From Patescibacteria group bacterium (GTDB lineage: Bacteria > Patescibacteriota > Minisyncoccia > Phycocordibacterales > DATDWN01), in the NCBI GenBank assembly GCA_040384485.1, contig JAZKJH010000002.1, positions 22,235 through 86,234 of the forward strand: a stretch of DNA of 64,000 nt, read 5' to 3'. The number at the start of each line of letters is the position of its first letter. The first letter of the stretch is position 1. The notes beneath the pieces were generated by a model, which had not been told where the DNA came from, did no database searches, and saw only the letters and a program-made list of their open reading frames with translations. Both the position numbers and the translations under genes were made by a program. Shown piece by piece: positions 62,053-64,000 of the stretch.

Positions 62053-62266
62053 ATTGTGAGTTTAGGTTGAGTTGGTTCGTTTGGAAGTTGCACATGCACT
62101 TCCGAACACCTCCTCAATCTGGCTCGCACCAGTATCACTACCGTCATCAAAGCTATAGCTTAGATGACACCAGTTCTTTTGTTCGCACGTTCTCCCGTTT
62201 TTGGACCATGTGGTCCACCCCTTACAACCTCTTGCCACGGCACGAGGTTTTTTATATATAAACTCA
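62053..62266 (+). ncRNA. Candidate structured ncRNA of about 210 nt. It is locally GC-rich with several hairpins, lies between a putative promoter (TTGACC-18-TACAAT at 62016-62045) and a terminator-like hairpin plus T6 at 62241-62266. Identity unknown.
   Basis: ORFs on both strands here (62062..62277 minus, 62067..62261 plus) have non-protein-like composition. Hairpins: ggaagt...acttcc, gtcatcaaagc-tata-gcttagatgac, ggaccatgtggtcc. Confidence 0.3.
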
Positions 62267-62334
62267 ATCCGACGCACTTTACATAGGTGAGACCTATGTA
62301 TTTATAGATGTGTGTTTCGTGTTATAATCCAAAA

Positions 62335-62682
62335 ATGATACAAAAAACCATAAATTCTTTCAGGTATGCACTAAGAGGTCTCAAAACAACTTGGTCAGAG
62401 GAACATAACTTTAGAACGGAAGTCTTTGCCACTGTACTTGTTGTTATTTCTATTTTTTATTTTGATTTTACTTTTGTTGAAGCAGCAATCCTAGTTCTTG
62501 CTGTTACTCTTGTTCTTTGTGCAGAGATCATAAACACGGTGGTTGAAGATTTATGTAATAAAGTAGAGCCATCGCACGATCCAATAATCGCCAAAATAAA
62601 AGACACTTCAGGAGCATTTGTTCTGGTCGCTGTTATCGGCGCAGTTGTTGCTGGAGTTTTTGTGCTACTAAATCATTTTTAA
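62335..62682 (+). CDS. dgkA: Diacylglycerol kinase/undecaprenol kinase family (DgkA). The ATG lies 7 nt after an extended -10 (TGtTATAAT), so the transcript is possibly leaderless.
   Basis: ...FRYALRGL...EEHNFR...CAEIINTVVE...DTSGAFVLVAVIGAV... three-TM prokaryotic DAGK pattern. Confidence 0.7.
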   Translation: MIQKTINSFRYALRGLKTTWSEEHNFRTEVFATVLVVISIFYFDFTFVEAAILVLAVTLVLCAEIINTVVEDLCNKVEPSHDPIIAKIKDTSGAFVLVAVIGAVVAGVFVLLNHF

Positions 62683-62686
62683 TTGA

Positions 62687-63385
62687 ATGTTGGACGATAT
62701 CTATCGGGAAATAAACAGGAGAGGTAATAAAATAAAAGCGCAACAAGCACAGAGATTTTTTAAAACTGGCGAAAGTAGTTACAGTAAAGGAGATGTGTTT
62801 TTAGGCTTGAATGCAAAGGATGTAGACTTTGTTTCAGAAAAGTATGTTGATTTGGGGATTCCGTTTGTTGTGAAGCTTTTAAAATCTGAAATACATGATT
62901 ATCGAGATGTGGCACTATCGATTTTGGTTTTGAAATATAAAAAAGGAGACAAGATTGTTAAAGACAAGGTAGTCAAAACTTATCTTGCTAACAAAAAATA
63001 TGTTAATAACTGGGATTTGGTGGATGGAAGTGCCTACAAAATACTTGGGGACTATCTTTTGGATAAAAGTAGAGATGTTTTATATAAACTGGCTTGTTCT
63101 AAGGTCATGTGGGACAGAAGAATAGCTATAGTTTCGACTTTTGCCTTTATACGTTCTGGCGATACAAAAGATGCTGTAAAAATTTCTAAAATTTTACTGA
63201 ATAATAGAGAAGACCTAATGCACAAGGCAGTTGGTTGGATGTTAAGAGAGGTTGGTAAAAAAGATGAAAAAATCTTGAAGGATTTTCTAAATAAAAATAT
63301 AAAAGTTATGCCCAGAACAACATTGAGATACTCAATAGAAAGATTTCCAGAAAATATTCGACAGTATTATCTAAAACTTAAGTAA
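62687..63385 (+). CDS. DNA alkylation repair enzyme (AlkD/AlkC-like HEAT-repeat glycosylase family)
   Basis: ...NNWDLVDGSAYKILGDYL...MWDRRIAIVSTFAFIR...HKAVGWMLREVGKKD... family pattern. Confidence 0.6.
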   Translation: MLDDIYREINRRGNKIKAQQAQRFFKTGESSYSKGDVFLGLNAKDVDFVSEKYVDLGIPFVVKLLKSEIHDYRDVALSILVLKYKKGDKIVKDKVVKTYLANKKYVNNWDLVDGSAYKILGDYLLDKSRDVLYKLACSKVMWDRRIAIVSTFAFIRSGDTKDAVKISKILLNNREDLMHKAVGWMLREVGKKDEKILKDFLNKNIKVMPRTTLRYSIERFPENIRQYYLKLK

Positions 63386-63425
63386 CTTTGTTTTCAAAAG
63401 AAGTAGTATTGTATATAATATACAT

Positions 63426-64000
63426 ATGAATCAAGAGAGTCTCCCTAAGTTCAATAGCCCTGAAGAGGAAATTGCTTTTTTGCGTCAGCAAATCTCAAAC
63501 AAAGAGTTAGAGCTTCGAGAAAAAAAGGAAGATTTTAAACTTGAAGAAGTTGTTCAAGACCAAATATCTAGATATAGAGACACTCTACCGAAGCAAGTTT
63601 TAGAAGAAACATATGAGTTATCAAAGCACGATGCTGAATCTATTGTTTTAAACCTGGAGCCAGAACAACACGACGACAAGATGAGCGAGCTTTTGGGTAT
63701 TATGAATGAAAAGGGTTTGAAAAATGCCATGACCGTTCTGTCTCACTTCAAGGACCCTCACCTAGAAGATGACTTCCACAGGTTTTTAGTGCAATACATA
63801 AAACACGGTTATGTGTCAAAAGATATTGATACATATAGCAAGGAATTGAGAGGTCTCAGTATGACTCTATATGAGGTGGTGATGCTTGAAAGTCAGGATG
63901 ATAATGATCCCAACAAAAATAAATCCTTAAAGGAAGTTATTTCAAGTATGGAGCAGTTTTTGTCCGGTATGATATCAGTGACAGCAAAGGACGAGACAAA
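63426..64000 (+). CDS. Hypothetical protein, 3'-partial (the ORF runs off the window end)
   Basis: Open frame from the ATG at 63426 to the window end. Acidic, helical composition. Confidence 0.3.
   Translation, partial: MNQESLPKFNSPEEEIAFLRQQISNKELELREKKEDFKLEEVVQDQISRYRDTLPKQVLEETYELSKHDAESIVLNLEPEQHDDKMSELLGIMNEKGLKNAMTVLSHFKDPHLEDDFHRFLVQYIKHGYVSKDIDTYSKELRGLSMTLYEVVMLESQDDNDPNKNKSLKEVISSMEQFLSGMISVTAKDET

Noticed and set aside
62062-62277. Overlapping 71-aa (minus) and 64-aa (plus) ORFs in the GC-rich segment upstream of dgkA
   Set aside because: Both have W/H/R/C-rich, non-protein-like composition. The segment is better explained as a structured ncRNA candidate.
1-64000. CRISPR arrays, cas genes, integrases, transposases and phage structural genes
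   Set aside because: No regularly spaced direct repeats, and no ORF with recognisable Cas, recombinase or capsid/terminase motifs, were found on either strand.
1-64000. Alternative genetic code (UGA to Gly, as in some CPR lineages, or TAG to Gln)
   Set aside because: Long native genes (PBP1A 752 aa, PriA 633 aa, TypA 593 aa, histidine kinase 529 aa) are uninterrupted under the standard table. TAG terminates many well-supported genes (the response regulator, histidine kinase, nadE, PBP2, lysS, ftsI). The single in-frame TAG at 21571 is therefore treated as a mutation or error.

Overview
The window is an AT-rich (about 35-38% GC) bacterial chromosome segment, densely packed with short genes and intrinsic terminators. 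Gene content is typical of a small-genome, low-GC lineage. CPR/Patescibacteria-like is compatible, but that is an inference from content and composition only.

The native backbone carries housekeeping genes: a 5'-partial UvrD-like helicase-nuclease, dsbA-like, uppP, hisS, truB, typA/bipA, a response-regulator/histidine-kinase pair, class A PBP, nadE, hpf, def-fmt, priA, two mreB paralogs plus mreC, PBP2, frr, rseP, proS, greA, lysS, a dcw-cluster start (mraZ-rsmH-ftsL-ftsI-murF), dgkA and alkD. There are two tRNAs: Asn-GTT on the minus strand and Glu-CTC on the plus strand.

Three things stand out:

1. A compact four-gene operon lies next to tRNA-Glu, just after the truncated dcw cluster. It encodes a LexA/CI-like S24 repressor, a TIR-like protein, a caspase-like C14 protease with an unassigned C-terminal domain, and a second TIR protein. 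This looks like a Thoeris-like anti-phage signalling cassette with a caspase effector, and it is the most interesting candidate system in the window.

2. About ten short islands of 45-56% GC are scattered through the AT-rich backbone. Each carries one to three small genes with its own GC-rich-stem terminator. They include HTH proteins, an SPFH lipoprotein, tandem paralogous small proteins, a GC-rich cmk and several unknowns. Two islands sit beside about 55-nt direct duplications of a host gene 3' end (the tRNA-Asn flank and the lysS 3' end). Each duplication brackets a small hydrophobic ORF, which suggests remnants of site-specific integration.

3. Several smaller oddities: a single in-frame TAG splitting an FN3-repeat secreted protein; a PriA with degenerate Walker A/B motifs; an about 85-nt conserved intergenic motif present twice; and a GC-rich candidate ncRNA.

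No CRISPR array, integrase, transposase or phage structural genes were recognised. All calls are from reading the sequence; no database searches were run.
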